The position numbers and the translations under genes are program-made. Positions 61,032 through 64,000 of a stretch of DNA of 64,000 bases are shown piece after piece (position 1 is the first letter of the stretch; every line of letters begins with the position of its first letter). The notes under the pieces were generated by a model. That model was not told the DNA's origin. It did no database searches and saw nothing but the letters and a program-made list of their open reading frames with translations. Source of the stretch: Podarcis muralis (Eukaryota); assembly GCF_964188315.1 (NCBI RefSeq), contig NC_135670.1:17794001-17858000 (forward strand). Reading direction: 5' to 3'.

Positions 61032-61746
61032 TCTGCATCAAAAGTGAAGCGCCGCAATTCCGAGTGATCCGCAACTGGAGTTTTTTCGTTTTCTGGACGA
61101 CTGGTGAGCTGGGTGCTTTTTATTGTGTGCGGGGGTTGCTAGAGAGATGCGGGAATGCAGTCCGAGGCTATTCCGCCTTTGGGCAGAGTGGAGGGTCGCT
61201 GGTGGGAGCGTTTGAGTTCCCTTCTGCAGGATTAAGGTCGTTGAGAGCTAAGTACAGTAATTCTCCTCCTCCTTGTGTAGGGCTATGGTAGAGCAACTGG
61301 TTTGCGTGCAGAAGGTCCCAAGTTGGCTGCTGCAGGCAGGACTGGGGGGGGGGGGAATTCCCTGCCTGAAATCCTGGAGAGCAGCTGCCAGTCAGTGTAG
61401 GTAATACTGAGGTAGGGGGGCCAAGAGTCTGATTCAGTATAAGGCAGCTTCCTGGGCTTCTATTTAAATCAGTCCTTTATTCAGAACCGTGAGGGCTGTA
61501 ATTTTTCTTTTTCTTCTGGGGAAAGGCTGTAGCTCAGTAGCACAGTATCTGCCTTGCATGCAGAAGGCTCAATCCCTGGCATGCCCAGTAGGGCTGGGGT
61601 AGGACTCCCTGCCTAAAATCCTGGAGAGGGACAGCCAGTCAGGGCTCATTCAGACTTCCTTTTGTGCCGTGTTTCTAGGCACAGGTCTGCTGCTCTTTTA
61701 TTTCGCAGTCTCTTTATGTTCCATATGTGTCTATCCAGCTTCTATC

Positions 61747-63408
<1,662 letters not shown>

Positions 63409-64000
63409 GTAGTGAGATGTTAAAGATTCAAACTTGTAGTGTTGATGGTGGGGCTTGGCGTGTTTGGAATGGTTTGTAGCTCACTGGAAGAGCCCCTGCG
63501 CTGCATGCAGGAAGTTTTGGGCTCAGACACCCCCAGTTTAAAGTGATCTCCTATGGAAGGGCCATTTCCAGTCAGAATGTGGCTTAACAGTGAGTAAAGA
63601 TACATTTTTGGCCACCTTATACCCATCTCCCGATATGCCCCACGGAGAGCCTCAAGGTCCATAAATAGCAAGACCCTAGTGGTCCCGGGCCCTAAGGAAG
63701 TTAGATTGGCTTCAACCAGAGCCCAGGGCCTTTTCAACACTGGCTCTGGCCTGGTGGAATGCTCTGCCTCATGAGACCAGGGCCCTGCCGGATCTGATTT
63801 CTTTCCGCAGGGCCTGTAAGACAGAGTTGTTCCACCTGGCCTTTGGCTTGGAGCCAATTTGATTCCCTACCCCTCTTTCTTTTTTCTTTTTCCTCCTGTG
63901 ATGAGGCTGCATTTTAATATTTTAATGTTGTATTTTAATCTTGTTTTTAAGTTGTATTCATTCAACTTGTTTTTATTATTGCTTGTTAGCTGCCCTGAGC

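Noticed and set aside
60549-61067. 172-aa ORF upstream of GPATCH4
   Set aside because: It begins in the T-rich 3' tail of a repeat and has no recognisable homology.

Overview
Vertebrate genomic DNA, almost certainly a squamate and probably a lacertid lizard: it carries full-length Sauria SINEs plus BovB, CR1, L2 and squamate-type L1 elements. The window holds a tandem cluster of four apparently intact, 4-exon, + strand AADACL3/AADACL4-like esterase/lipase genes (410-412 aa; exons 177/217/64/775-781 nt; GT-AG junctions and frames checked by hand). It also holds two exon-4 pseudogene remnants, one direct and one older inverted copy, and the 5' coding exons of GPATCH4 at the right edge. The paralogs keep the Ser-Asp-His triad but are hypervariable in short patches in the N-terminal/lid region and around the catalytic His. 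Neighbouring coding and intronic DNA is nearly homogenised, and different paralog pairs are closest in different segments. This suggests a diversifying, recombining lipid-modifying enzyme array. Other points of interest: two 5'-retaining L1-type fragments sharing a decayed ~180-codon extra ORF upstream of ORF1; a near-intact RTE-X-like LINE split by a solo LTR that itself contains a CR1; and a hairpin minisatellite inside a Tigger-type MITE. There is a 147-N assembly gap inside the cluster. All alignments were done by eye and no database search was run.
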